A stretch of DNA of 32,000 nt from Opitutia bacterium KCR 482 (GCA_029269845.2 CP149973.1:1050001-1082000); one strand, 5' to 3'; shown: positions 1 through 9,171, counted from the first letter of the stretch. Translations and numbers: made by a program. The notes: generated from the letters alone by a model not told the origin.

Positions 1-1541
1 ACCTCCGCCGCGCGGCGGCCGCCTTTCGACGAAATTTTGCAGGCGAGACATTTGTCCGACGAATAAGAAACGCCGTCCTCGACCGTCTCGATTCGCGGCG
101 TGAGGCTCGCAAAGCTTGCGCCGGTTTCGGGCTGCATGTTGTCAATCTCGAACAGCGCGTATTCGGTCATGCTCGACGCCGAGACCGCGCCGACTTTCGA
201 ATTCCAGAGAAGCGAAAGCGTGCCGCCCGTCGGGTGTCCCTGCGGCGTCTTGGGGTAGTAGACGGAATCGTAGGCGCTTATCGTCGCCCGCCAGTCGCCG
301 ACCGACACAAGCGAAGTGTCCACGTCGGCAAAATGCTTCACGCCGTAAACCTCTTCGCGCGGAAGCTGCGCGGCGGGGTTGCCCGCGGGCTTTGCATGCG
401 GGCGCGTCAGAATGTCGGCAAGCCCCTTCATCTGCACGAAAGAATGGTGTATGCACGGCTTGACACCGTGAGAAGCGTAGTGCAAGCCGCCCGCGAGAAG
501 CCCGTCGGCAGTGCACCGTTCCAGCAAGCGCAGGTTGGCGGAGGCGGCGCGGAGGAAACGCGCGTCCCTGTCGGCAAGGCTTTCGAACATCGCCACGCAG
601 CCGTCGGAGGTTCTGCTGCCCCAGTACGACCATTTGAAGCTTCGGGTGCAGAAGCTTCCGTCTATTGCTCCGTCGGGGAGAACGAACTCCAAGTGGGCGG
701 CGGCGACTTCCGAAACGTAGTCGCGCAGTTCCGCGTTTCCGACAAGCTTTGAGTACGCCTCGATTAGCGGCAGGGTCTCGGCGATGTTGTAGCCGATATC
801 TATTCCCTTCAAGCCCTTTGCGCTCTCGCGTTCGAGCGGGTGGATTTCGCCGAAAACGAGTTTGTCGCGCTCCGACACAAGGCGTTTGAACGCGCCCGCG
901 TAGTAGTCGCCGCGCTGGCGGAAACGCTCCACGTCGAGCACATGCCCCACGAGCGCGAGCGAATACGCCGCCCCTATGACGTAGTTTGCGTTCGGCTTTC
1001 CCAGCCACTGATAGCCGTACATGAAATCGCCCGCCTTGTAGAGGCGGTCGCGCATTTTTTTCAGGTGCTTCGGCTCTATTATATCGGAGTATTTCGAAAT
1101 CGACTCCGCCATCGCCATGCAGCGGAACGCCGTGATTCCGCGCCACGAGTTGCGGAAATCGTTGCGCCACGAGCCGTCGGGGTTCGACATGAATTTTTCC
1201 TGCCAGTTGAACAGCCCCTCGGCGGCGTCGGAATAGCGCGAATCGCCGAGTTTTTTTGCGAGATACAAAAACGGATATTCAGCGTCGCCCACGCGCCCGT
1301 GGAGAATGTCGCAGGCGGGGCACTTTATAGCCCCCGCGTGCCCGCCGCTTTTTATTTGGAGGTCGAGCAGAGACTTTCCCCAAGTCTCCAAAAGAGACTC
1401 GCAACGCGCGTAAAATTCGGCGTCCAACGCGCCCTCCGCGACGGGTTTCCGCCCGCCTTTCGACATGCAGCCGAAGCCCGAAAGCGCGGCAAGCCCCGCC
1501 GTTGCGCCGACGGCGGTTTTAATGAAATTCCTTCTGTCCAT
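1..1541 (-). CDS. Exported hypothetical protein with a twin-arginine (Tat) signal. The C-terminus is cut by the window edge. Possibly an alpha/alpha-toroid (prenyltransferase/squalene-oxidase-repeat-like) fold.
   Basis: Absent from the ORF track because it has no stop codon in the window. The reverse complement from 1541 reads ATG GAC AGA AGG AAT TTC ATT AAA..., giving MDRRNFIKTAVGATAGLAALSGFGCMSKGG. This is an RRxFxK Tat motif followed by a hydrophobic region. The frame stays open to position 1; in-frame ATGs at 1055..1053 and 137..135 were checked. Composition is balanced (e.g. NPDGSWRNDFRNSWRG, LPDGAIDGSFCTRSFKWSYWG), unlike the Arg/Ala-rich overlapping ORFs 142..1170(-) and 840..2006(+). 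GGAGA lies a few nt upstream of the ATG. The fold guess rests only on the PDGSW-like repeats. Confidence 0.7.
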   Translation of the reverse strand, partial: MDRRNFIKTAVGATAGLAALSGFGCMSKGGRKPVAEGALDAEFYARCESLLETWGKSLLDLQIKSGGHAGAIKCPACDILHGRVGDAEYPFLYLAKKLGDSRYSDAAEGLFNWQEKFMSNPDGSWRNDFRNSWRGITAFRCMAMAESISKYSDIIEPKHLKKMRDRLYKAGDFMYGYQWLGKPNANYVIGAAYSLALVGHVLDVERFRQRGDYYAGAFKRLVSERDKLVFGEIHPLERESAKGLKGIDIGYNIAETLPLIEAYSKLVGNAELRDYVSEVAAAHLEFVLPDGAIDGSFCTRSFKWSYWGSRTSDGCVAMFESLADRDARFLRAASANLRLLERCTADGLLAGGLHYASHGVKPCIHHSFVQMKGLADILTRPHAKPAGNPAAQLPREEVYGVKHFADVDTSLVSVGDWRATISAYDSVYYPKTPQGHPTGGTLSLLWNSKVGAVSASSMTEYALFEIDNMQPETGASFASLTPRIETVEDGVSYSSDKCLACKISSKGGRRAAE

Positions 1542-1586
1542 AATTCTCCCGTGTGTTTGTTGTGTGCCGAAAACCCGCGCCCCGCG

Positions 1587-3647
1587 CTATTCCTGCGACA
1601 TGAAATAACGCTGGCACGAAAACTGTTCCGCGCTCTTCATGTCCGCCGATTTGTAGTACGCGCCGTTGGGGTGCAGGACGCTCGAAAACTGGTTGTCTTT
1701 GAGCATTGCGGGCAGAATGTCGCCGACAATCCGCGCCTTGATGTCGGGGTCTTCAATCGGGAAGAGGCACTCTATGCGCTTGAACATGTTGCGGGTCATG
1801 ATGTCGCCGCTGCCCGCGTAGACGATTGGCGAGCCGCCGTTTTCGAAATAGTAGATGCGGCTGTGCTCCAAATAGACGCCCACTATGCTCTTGACGCTTA
1901 TGTTTTCGCTCATGCCCTTAACCCCCGGGACGAGCGCGCAGATGCCGCGGACAATCATGTCTATTTTCACGCCCGCGCGGGACGCCTCGTAAAGCGCGTC
2001 GATTGACGACTGCTCCACGACGGAATTTACCTTGATTATTATCCGCGCCTTTTTGCCCGCCTTTGCGTTTTCGGTCTCGCGCCGCACGAGGTCGAGAAAT
2101 TTGGAATGGAAGCAGAACGGGGCTACCATGAGCTTGTCGAACTTGGGTTCGGACACTTTGCCCGTAAGCGTGTTGAAAAGGTTTGCGACCTCCGCCGAGA
2201 GGTCCTCCCTTGCGCTGAAAAACGAAAGGTCGGTATAGATTTTTGCGGTTTTCGAATTGTAGTTGCCAGTGCCCAAATGGACGTATCTGCGCAACGCGCC
2301 GCCCTCCTCCCTGCGGACGATAAGGCACGTCTTGCAGTGCGTCTTGAAGCCGACGATTCCGTACACGACGTGCACGCCGCGCTCTTCAAGCTCGCGCGCC
2401 CACTGAATGTTGTTTTCCTCGTCGAAACGCGCTTTGAGCTCGACAAGCACTGTTACCTGCTTGCCGTTGGTTGCCGCCTCTTTCAACGCCTTGACAATGG
2501 GCGAGCCCTGGCTTGTGCGGTAGAGAGTGAGTTTGATTGCCAAAACGTCGGGGTCGCGCGCCGCCTTGGAGATGAACTCTTCGACGGGCGAAAAGCTCTC
2601 GTAGGGGTGGTGCAAAAGCCTGTCTTTTTGGCGGATTACCGAAAAATAGTCGTCGCAATTTTTAAACTCGGCGGGAATCGACGGGCGGTAGGGCGGGAAT
2701 TTGAGGTCGGGGCGGTCAACCATGTCGTAGGCGACCGACAGCCGCGCCAAATTCAGCGGGCTTGCGGGAATGCGGTAGATGAAGCTTTCGTCGATGTCGA
2801 GCGCGTCCACGAGCGTTTTCAGGGCGGAGTCCGACACGCAGTCCTCTATTTCGAGCCTTACAGCCGCGCCCTTGCGGCGGTTGTGAAGCTCGTTTTCGAT
2901 TGTCTGCAAAAGGTTTTCTGTTTCCTCCTCGTCGATGTACAGGTCGGAGTTTCGCGTGATTCTGAATATCGCCGAATTGCGCACTTTGTAGCCGGGAAAA
3001 AGCTGCTCGGCGTAGTACTTTATAGTGTCGCTCAGATAAACCAAGTGGTACTCGTCGGGATTCCTGCTCTCCATTCTGATTACGCGCGAAAGTATCGGCG
3101 GCACGGGCACGATTGCAATGTCGCTCGGCGCGCGCTTGACCGACGCGTTCGCTATCGAAAGCAGCACATAAAGCCCCTTGTTGCGCAGGTGCGGGAAGGG
3201 GTGGGCGGGGTCGACGGCAAGCGGCGTGAGCGCGGGGTAGACGTCGTCTTCGAAATACTTTCTGAGCCATTCCTTTTCGGCGGCGGTGCACTCGCGCGGG
3301 GTTTTGAAAAATATCTTCTCCTTGCGGAGCGCGGGAACGAGGTTGTCGGTCCAGCACGAATATTCGTCTACGGTCATGGCGGCGGTGATTACGCTGATTC
3401 GGCGCAACTGCTCGCGCGGGCCGAGCCCGTCGAAGCCGACGTCGAGCACTCCCGATTCGAGCTGCTGCTCCAAACCCGCCACGCGGATTTCGAAAAATTC
3501 GTCGAGGTTGCTGCTTACAATCGAGAGGAAGCGCATGCGTTCGAGAATCGGAAAACTCGGCTCTGTGCAGAGGTTCAGAACTCTACGGTTGAACGCAAGC
3601 CAGCTAAGCTCGCGGTTGAAATATTTTGGTTCGGCTTCTTTCGACAT
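1587..3647 (-). CDS. ppk1: Polyphosphate kinase 1
   Basis: 686-aa ORF. N-terminal YFNRELSWLAFNRRVL and SNLDEFFEIRV motifs, plus the FKTHCKTCLIVRRE phosphohistidine region, are typical of PPK1. Length is right for the family. Confidence 0.95.
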   Translation of the reverse strand: MSKEAEPKYFNRELSWLAFNRRVLNLCTEPSFPILERMRFLSIVSSNLDEFFEIRVAGLEQQLESGVLDVGFDGLGPREQLRRISVITAAMTVDEYSCWTDNLVPALRKEKIFFKTPRECTAAEKEWLRKYFEDDVYPALTPLAVDPAHPFPHLRNKGLYVLLSIANASVKRAPSDIAIVPVPPILSRVIRMESRNPDEYHLVYLSDTIKYYAEQLFPGYKVRNSAIFRITRNSDLYIDEEETENLLQTIENELHNRRKGAAVRLEIEDCVSDSALKTLVDALDIDESFIYRIPASPLNLARLSVAYDMVDRPDLKFPPYRPSIPAEFKNCDDYFSVIRQKDRLLHHPYESFSPVEEFISKAARDPDVLAIKLTLYRTSQGSPIVKALKEAATNGKQVTVLVELKARFDEENNIQWARELEERGVHVVYGIVGFKTHCKTCLIVRREEGGALRRYVHLGTGNYNSKTAKIYTDLSFFSAREDLSAEVANLFNTLTGKVSEPKFDKLMVAPFCFHSKFLDLVRRETENAKAGKKARIIIKVNSVVEQSSIDALYEASRAGVKIDMIVRGICALVPGVKGMSENISVKSIVGVYLEHSRIYYFENGGSPIVYAGSGDIMTRNMFKRIECLFPIEDPDIKARIVGDILPAMLKDNQFSSVLHPNGAYYKSADMKSAEQFSCQRYFMSQE

Positions 3648-3783
3648 GGAATGTTTTTATTGTTTTTTCGGAAAATTAGCGCGGACTTTCCAGTTTTCAA
3701 GCAAAGAAAGCGCGAATTAAAATTCGGCAAACCGACAAGCCGCACAAAATCGGCAAAAACCGAAGCAAGCGCTTTTTAAATCC

Positions 3784-3815
3784 TTGACAATTCACAACCA
3801 CACGCCATTTATAAT
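3784..3815 (+). promoter_or_regulatory. Candidate promoter/operator of the PEP-CTERM gene at 3845: TTGACAATT-N11-GCCATTTATAAT
   Basis: TTGACA at 3784-3789 and TATAAT at 3810-3815. The 20-nt spacing is too long for a textbook sigma70 promoter. TGACAATT (3785-3792) and AATTGTCA (3813-3820) form an inverted repeat. The same TTGACAATT and GCCAT(T)TATAAT blocks occur upstream of the second PEP-CTERM gene. Confidence 0.35.
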
Positions 3816-3844
3816 TGTCATTCTTTTAACCTAAAAAAACACAT

Positions 3845-4693
3845 ATGAAAAAATATATATCCGCTCTGCTCGCGGCGGCATTCTCCGCCTCGTCCTTCGC
3901 CGCGCTGGAATCTCCCATCACGGCATCCACTGATATTGACTCCCCCGAAACCGTCAATTCGCAGTTGATTGTCCGCAGCCTCGACGGAAACAACGTGCGA
4001 CTGAAAATCTCGGGCCCCGAGGCTCTGCTGACATCGACAAAATCGGGATACGCAATAGATTTGGAAGAGAACACGTCGCTATTAATTGAATATAAAGGCG
4101 GCCTGAACATCACGCCCGAAAATTCGGGGGTGAGCATAAGGAACGGCGCGTCTATGATGGTCAACAGAATTGTCGGAGACGTCAAAATGGCGAAAGTCGT
4201 CGTCTGGGGCGGCACGCTTACCATCAGAAAGGAAAACGCATTTTCCTACGGCAACGCCGGAACTACCCTGATGTTGGTAGCCAATGGAAGCAACATGGTG
4301 CTCGACGCATCGCAGAGCTTCAATAAAATGGATATCCGCTACAACTCGAAAATCAAATTTTCCGACGGCGTGAGCCTCAATTTCAAGGGAATCGACATCA
4401 CCAATTCCGCGCCGAAAATCGATGTCGTACTCGAAGATTTCAGCAACACAAACTCAATTTGCTTTGGAAGCGCAAGCGGACTGTCGCTTACCGACGGCGT
4501 GCTGACGGTTTCCAACTCCACGAAGAGCATAGACTATACGTTCAAAGACAAAGCGGGCGAAATCATGAAAAACCTCGTGCTCGACGCGGCGACAAACACG
4601 CTGACACTCGCAAGCATTCCCGAACCCTCCACATACGCGGCGGTGTTCGGCGCGCTCGCGCTCGGCTTGGCACTCTACCGCCGCAGAAAGTAG
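3845..4693 (+). CDS. PEP-CTERM sorting-domain surface protein (secreted, beta-rich)
   Basis: Signal peptide MKKYISALLAAAFSASSFAA. The C-terminus IPEPSTYAAVFGALALGLALYRRRK is a PEP motif, a TM helix and a basic tail. The Ser/Thr/Asn/Gly-rich middle is typical of beta-helical surface proteins. Confidence 0.85.
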   Translation: MKKYISALLAAAFSASSFAALESPITASTDIDSPETVNSQLIVRSLDGNNVRLKISGPEALLTSTKSGYAIDLEENTSLLIEYKGGLNITPENSGVSIRNGASMMVNRIVGDVKMAKVVVWGGTLTIRKENAFSYGNAGTTLMLVANGSNMVLDASQSFNKMDIRYNSKIKFSDGVSLNFKGIDITNSAPKIDVVLEDFSNTNSICFGSASGLSLTDGVLTVSNSTKSIDYTFKDKAGEIMKNLVLDAATNTLTLASIPEPSTYAAVFGALALGLALYRRRK

Positions 4694-4715
4694 CCGACAG
4701 CTCCAACCCATTTCA

Positions 4716-4739
4716 AGCCCGCGCCTGCGGGCTTTTTTT
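4716..4739 (+). terminator. Rho-independent terminator of the PEP-CTERM gene
   Basis: AGCCCGC-gcct-GCGGGCT hairpin followed by TTTTTTT, about 25 nt after the stop codon. Confidence 0.75.
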
Positions 4740-4816
4740 GTGCCGTCTGCGAGTGGGTGAATAAGCCCGAAGCCCCCTCCCCGTGCGACAGGAAGAAATG
4801 CGCCGTTTGAATGCGC

Positions 4817-4854
4817 AAAAAGCCCCGAAAGGCGTTTTCCTTTCGGGGCTTTTG
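4817..4854. terminator. Bidirectional hairpin terminator, mainly serving valS on the minus strand
   Basis: AGCCCCGAAAGG-cgtttt-CCTTTCGGGGCT, a 12-bp stem flanked by an A-run on one side and a T-run on the other. On the minus strand the stem is followed by TTTTT. Confidence 0.7.
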
Positions 4855-4937
4855 TCTGGTTGCGCGAAAAATTGCCGCGCGGGTTTTGGTTTGCCGCGTT
4901 GCCGCGCCGATTGGAAGCGTTGCGGCGGCAATCCGCG

Positions 4938-7643
4938 CTACGCTTTGTAGGCTTTCAGAAGCTTTTCGATTTCCGCGATTTTCGCGCGGCAGTCGTCGAG
5001 CTGTTTCTTTGCGCCCTCAATTACCTTTGCGGGAGCTTTCGAGGTAAACGCCTCGTTCGAAAGGCGGGCGACCGTCGATTTTTCGAAGCCGCAAAGTTTG
5101 GCAAGCTCCTTTTCGAGACGCGCGATTTCCGCGCCCATATCGATGTCGCCGCTCATGTCGAGGTAGACCGTGCCGAGGGCGGTAATCGCCGCGGGCGAGT
5201 CGCACTCAACGGAGACTTTTTCGAAAGTCTCAGCGCCGACGAGCTTTTTGAGCTTGTCGAAGTTTGCGTCGAAGATTGCCGCACTTGCGGCGTCGGCGGG
5301 AAGAATCGACATTTTCGAATCGCGCTTGGTGCCCACTTTACACTGGGCTTTGAGGGCGCGCGATTTTGCGACCAAATCTTTGAGTTTTTCGGTATCCGCC
5401 GCCGCGTTTTCGTCGATTGCAATGCCGAGTTCCGCGAGTTCGTCGGCGAAATCGGGCGAGGCGTTTTGGATAAACTCTCCCGCGCCGCCGAAGCCCATCG
5501 AGTGCCAGAGTTCCTCCGTAATGAAGGGCATGAAGGGGTGGAGCAAAAGCAGCGTCTGGCGCAGGCACAAGTCCTGAACTGCGAGCACCGTGCCCCGCGC
5601 CGATTCGTCGGCGAGGCGCGACTTTGAGACCTCCAAATACCAGCCGCAAAAGTCGTTCCAGAAGAACGCGTAAAGGCTTTGCGTGATTGCGTTGAACTGG
5701 TAGACGCCGTAGTCTTTCGCGACGGTTTCGGCGCATTTGACGAGGTTTGCGAGAATTGCGTGGTCGTCGGAGTCGAGCTTCGAGACGTCGATTCTGTCGG
5801 CGATTGCTTTAAGCGACGAGTTGTCGCCCGCGCCGCCCGACATCTGCCTGAATCTGCACGCGTTCCAAAGTTTGTTGCAGAAGTTTCTGCCGAGTTCCAC
5901 GCGCTCTTCGCTGAACAGAATGTCCTGCCCCTGCGGAGCGCAGTTCATGACGCCGAAGCGCAGGCCGTCCGCGCCGTAGCGGGCGATGATGTCGAGCGGG
6001 TCGGGCGAGTTGCCCAAGCTCTTCGACATTTTGCGTCCCTGCATGTCGCGGATAATGCCCGTGAAATAGACGTTTTTGAAGGGGATTCTCTCGCTCGGCA
6101 CGCCGTCGAGGAATTCCAAGCCCGCCATAATCATTCTGGCTACCCAGAAGAAGATGATGTCGGGGCCTGTTACGAGGTCGGAGGTCGGGTAGAAGTAGTC
6201 CATGCCCTCCTCTTTCATTTTTTCGGGGTTCGGCCAGCCCATTGTGCCGAACGGCCAAATCCACGAGCTTGCCCAGGTGTCGAGCGAGTCGGGGTCTTGC
6301 ACCCAATTTTCGGGGTCGGACGGGCCGTCCACGCTTACATGCACCTCTTCGGGGTTGTGGATATCGGGGTTTTCGACGCCCTTTCTGTACCACACGGGAA
6401 TGCGGTGCCCCCACCAAATTTGGCGGCTGATGCACCAGTCGCGGATATTGTCGAGCCAGTGCTCGTAGGTTTTTTCCCAGCGTTTCGGCCAGAATTTGAT
6501 TGCGCCCGACTCCACCGCCGTCTTTGCCTCGGCGACTTTCGGATAGCGCATGAACCACTGGTCGGAAAGGCGCGGCTCAATCGGCACGCCGCCGCGTTCG
6601 GAGAAGCCCACGTTGTTGTCGTAGTCTTCAATCGCCACAAGCTGCCCAAGCTCGTCGAGCTTTTCGACCGCCTTTTTGCGGGCGGCAAAGCGGTCAAGCC
6701 CGCAGAAATCTTCGCCCGCGAGCGCGTTCATCGTGGCGTCGGGGTTCATTACGTCGATAATCGGCAGATTGTGCCGCTGTCCGATTTCGAAGTCGGCGAC
6801 GTCGTGCGCGGGAGTTACTTTGAGGACGCCCGTGCCGAATTTCATATCGACATATTCGTCGCCGATAATCGGAATGGGGGCTTTGGGGAACGGACGCCAA
6901 ACGTGCATGCCGACGTATTTCTTGTAGCGTTCGTCGTTGGGGTTGACCGCCACGGCGGAGTCTCCCATAATCGTTTCGGGGCGGGTTGTGGAAATTTCGA
7001 GGAACACGCCCGGCTCTTCGACAATCTCGTACTTCATCTTGAAGAGCTTGCTCTTCTGGGGGGTCATGATTACCTCTTCGTCGGAAAGGGCGGTGAGGTT
7101 GACGGGGCACCAGTTGACCATGCGCTTGCCGCGGTAGATGTAGCCCTGTTTGAAAAGTTTTACGAACGCGGTAAGGACGCCGCGGGAATAGTCGTCGTCA
7201 AGCGTATGGACGAGCCTCGACCAGTCGCACGACGCGCCGAGCTTTTTGAGCTGTTCGATGATGATTCCGCCGTGTTTGTCGCGCCACTGTTTTGCGACTT
7301 CTATGAATTTGTCGCGCCCAAGCTCGCGCGCGCAGGTATGTTTTTCCCTGCGCAGGTACGATTCCACCTTTGTCTGCGTGGCGACGCCCGCGTGGTCGGT
7401 GCCTGGAATCCAAATCGCGCTCTTGCCCGTCTGGCGGGCGCGGCGCACCAAAATGTCCTGAATGGTATTGTTGAGAACGTGCCCCATAGTGAGCACGCCC
7501 GTTACGTTCGGCGGGGGAATCACGATGGAATACGCCTCTTTGTTCGGGTCGACTTTGCCTTTGAAGCAGCCCGATTCGACCCACGTCTTGTACCATTTGT
7601 CCTCGACTTCCGAGGGGTTGTATGCTTTTGAAATTTCGCTCAT
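4938..7643 (-). CDS. valS: Valine--tRNA ligase
   Basis: The track ORF is 4938..7721, but conservation starts at MSEISKAYNPSEVEDKWY (ATG at 7643). HIGH-type motif PPPNVTGVLTMGHVLN and KMSKS motif GRKMSKSLGN are present. A long C-terminal coiled-coil tail is typical of ValRS. Confidence 0.95.
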   Translation of the reverse strand: MSEISKAYNPSEVEDKWYKTWVESGCFKGKVDPNKEAYSIVIPPPNVTGVLTMGHVLNNTIQDILVRRARQTGKSAIWIPGTDHAGVATQTKVESYLRREKHTCARELGRDKFIEVAKQWRDKHGGIIIEQLKKLGASCDWSRLVHTLDDDYSRGVLTAFVKLFKQGYIYRGKRMVNWCPVNLTALSDEEVIMTPQKSKLFKMKYEIVEEPGVFLEISTTRPETIMGDSAVAVNPNDERYKKYVGMHVWRPFPKAPIPIIGDEYVDMKFGTGVLKVTPAHDVADFEIGQRHNLPIIDVMNPDATMNALAGEDFCGLDRFAARKKAVEKLDELGQLVAIEDYDNNVGFSERGGVPIEPRLSDQWFMRYPKVAEAKTAVESGAIKFWPKRWEKTYEHWLDNIRDWCISRQIWWGHRIPVWYRKGVENPDIHNPEEVHVSVDGPSDPENWVQDPDSLDTWASSWIWPFGTMGWPNPEKMKEEGMDYFYPTSDLVTGPDIIFFWVARMIMAGLEFLDGVPSERIPFKNVYFTGIIRDMQGRKMSKSLGNSPDPLDIIARYGADGLRFGVMNCAPQGQDILFSEERVELGRNFCNKLWNACRFRQMSGGAGDNSSLKAIADRIDVSKLDSDDHAILANLVKCAETVAKDYGVYQFNAITQSLYAFFWNDFCGWYLEVSKSRLADESARGTVLAVQDLCLRQTLLLLHPFMPFITEELWHSMGFGGAGEFIQNASPDFADELAELGIAIDENAAADTEKLKDLVAKSRALKAQCKVGTKRDSKMSILPADAASAAIFDANFDKLKKLVGAETFEKVSVECDSPAAITALGTVYLDMSGDIDMGAEIARLEKELAKLCGFEKSTVARLSNEAFTSKAPAKVIEGAKKQLDDCRAKIAEIEKLLKAYKA

Positions 7644-7719
7644 AAAAACCTTAATAATCCGACATGCCGCAGGGGCTGTCAAGTTTTTGTTGCCCCGAAG
7701 CTTGACGGGCAAACCGCAC

Positions 7720-7751
7720 AAAAAAAGCCGAACGCAAAAAGCGTCCGGCTA
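7720..7751 (-). terminator. Rho-independent terminator of the PEP-CTERM gene 7771..9171
   Basis: The minus strand reads AGCCGGACGC-ttttt-GCGTTCGGCT, a 10-bp stem with one G-U pair, followed by TTTTTTT. It lies about 20 nt after the stop codon. Confidence 0.8.
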
Positions 7752-7770
7752 AATTAATGTCAAAACCGCT

Positions 7771-9171
7771 CTATTTGCGTCTGCGGTATACCGCAAGAGC
7801 CAATGCCATCGCGCCGAAGACGGCGGCGTATGTGGCGGGTTCGGGAATCGCCTTTACGCTAAGAACGTATTTGCCGTACTTCGCCAAGTCTTCGCCGACC
7901 GCCACGAGTTCCAGCTGGTCTTTCTGGTAAACGTTGTTGTCTTTGTCTACTGCCGTAATCTGGGCGGTGTCCCACCAATAATTGGAATCGAAGAACACGC
8001 TGTCGGCGGCGAAGCCCTCGATTGTCATATTGGCATAAGCCGTTTTGTCGTCTTGGTTGAAAATGCCGATGCCCCTAAACGAAGCCTTTGCGCTGTTTTC
8101 AAGAATCAGGCTCAAATGCGTATTCAGGTTGAAGAACACGCTCTGGAACGAATTGTCCGCGCTGATTGAAATAGTGCTGTCCGTGCCCGAGTACAAACCA
8201 ATGTCTGTGGCGATTGCGTCTTTCGAGCCAATCATAAGCATGCCGCCCGAAAGAACTATGCGGCCGTTGCCGCCTTCCGCCGTGCCCTTTCTGATTGCCG
8301 CGCCCGACGAAAATTCGTCGCGCCCGCTCTTGATTTCCACGACACCGCCGCTTTGGATTTTCAGCGCGCTGTCGAGCACCATTGTGCCCTTTGCCCAAAT
8401 CGTGGCATAGCCGCTCATGTCAAGCCCGGTTGCAGTATTGCCGTAGTTGAATGTGCCGCCAACCGAAAGGGTTGTCGAAGCTTCGGAGAAGTTGAACGTG
8501 GACGTTTTTCCCGAAGTGAACGTCGAACCCGTAGCGACGTGCAGACCCGACTTCTGGGAAAACGTTGTCTTTGCCACATTGTAGTTTACGTTTACAATAG
8601 TTGTATTGTTGGCGCCGATCGACATCACGACGCCTCCCGAAGTGTTGTCGTTCGTGCCTTTGAAAAGCGCGCTCGTGCCCGTAAAGAGGGCGTCGGTTTC
8701 AACCAACACGCCGGCTCCGCTCGCAGAATTGGGGTCGCCCTGAATGGTGATAGTGCCCATTTCGAGCTTGGAAACGCCCGCGTCCGCCGCACTGTTTCTA
8801 ATATTGAACATGCCCGCAGTGCTCAAATACCACGACATTTTGCCAGTATTATTAAAGGCGTATTCGCTGTCGGAGCTGTTGCTGTCTATCGTTGCGCCGA
8901 ACGCGAGAATCCAGTCTTTCGGACCTTCCGCGCTGGGCTTTGTTGCGATAGATTTAAATACTGGGTTTTCCGCATTTGCATTTGCTTTCATTTTGAAACG
9001 CGAGCTATCAGCGGGGGTTGTTTCATTCGGCAAAAGCACTACGTCTTGGCCGTTCGCAAGGTTAGAGAGGACTGGACGGTTGTCATTGTTCGTACCGCCC
9101 GCAATCTCCACAGCGGCGTTTGCGGCAAACGCGCAAAGCGTCGAGAGGAATATTAACGATGTTTTCTTCAT
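7771..9171 (-). CDS. PEP-CTERM sorting-domain surface protein (large, Ser/Thr/Gly/Asn-rich, probably beta-helical)
   Basis: Signal peptide MKKTSLIFLSTLCAFAANAA. The C-terminus IPEPATYAAVFGAMALALAVYRRRK is nearly identical to the anchor of the 3845 gene. Confidence 0.85.
   Translation of the reverse strand: MKKTSLIFLSTLCAFAANAAVEIAGGTNNDNRPVLSNLANGQDVVLLPNETTPADSSRFKMKANANAENPVFKSIATKPSAEGPKDWILAFGATIDSNSSDSEYAFNNTGKMSWYLSTAGMFNIRNSAADAGVSKLEMGTITIQGDPNSASGAGVLVETDALFTGTSALFKGTNDNTSGGVVMSIGANNTTIVNVNYNVAKTTFSQKSGLHVATGSTFTSGKTSTFNFSEASTTLSVGGTFNYGNTATGLDMSGYATIWAKGTMVLDSALKIQSGGVVEIKSGRDEFSSGAAIRKGTAEGGNGRIVLSGGMLMIGSKDAIATDIGLYSGTDSTISISADNSFQSVFFNLNTHLSLILENSAKASFRGIGIFNQDDKTAYANMTIEGFAADSVFFDSNYWWDTAQITAVDKDNNVYQKDQLELVAVGEDLAKYGKYVLSVKAIPEPATYAAVFGAMALALAVYRRRK

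Noticed and set aside
142-2006. ORFs 142..1170(-) and 840..2006(+) as the coding content of the left end
   Set aside because: Both are Arg-rich and low in complexity. A different minus-strand frame starting at 1541 encodes a normal protein with a Tat signal and stays open to the window edge. The 840..2006 ORF also runs into ppk1.
5679-7631. A 650-aa plus-strand ORF opposite valS. Similar cases are 2106..3779(+) opposite ppk1, 21866..23260(-) opposite apbC/clpX-like, 19530..20837(-) opposite dapA/dapB, and 10599..11537(-) opposite oxidoreductase 1
   Set aside because: Every one overlaps a gene with unambiguous family motifs on the other strand and has skewed Arg/Ala/Val/Gly composition. None has a credible start context.
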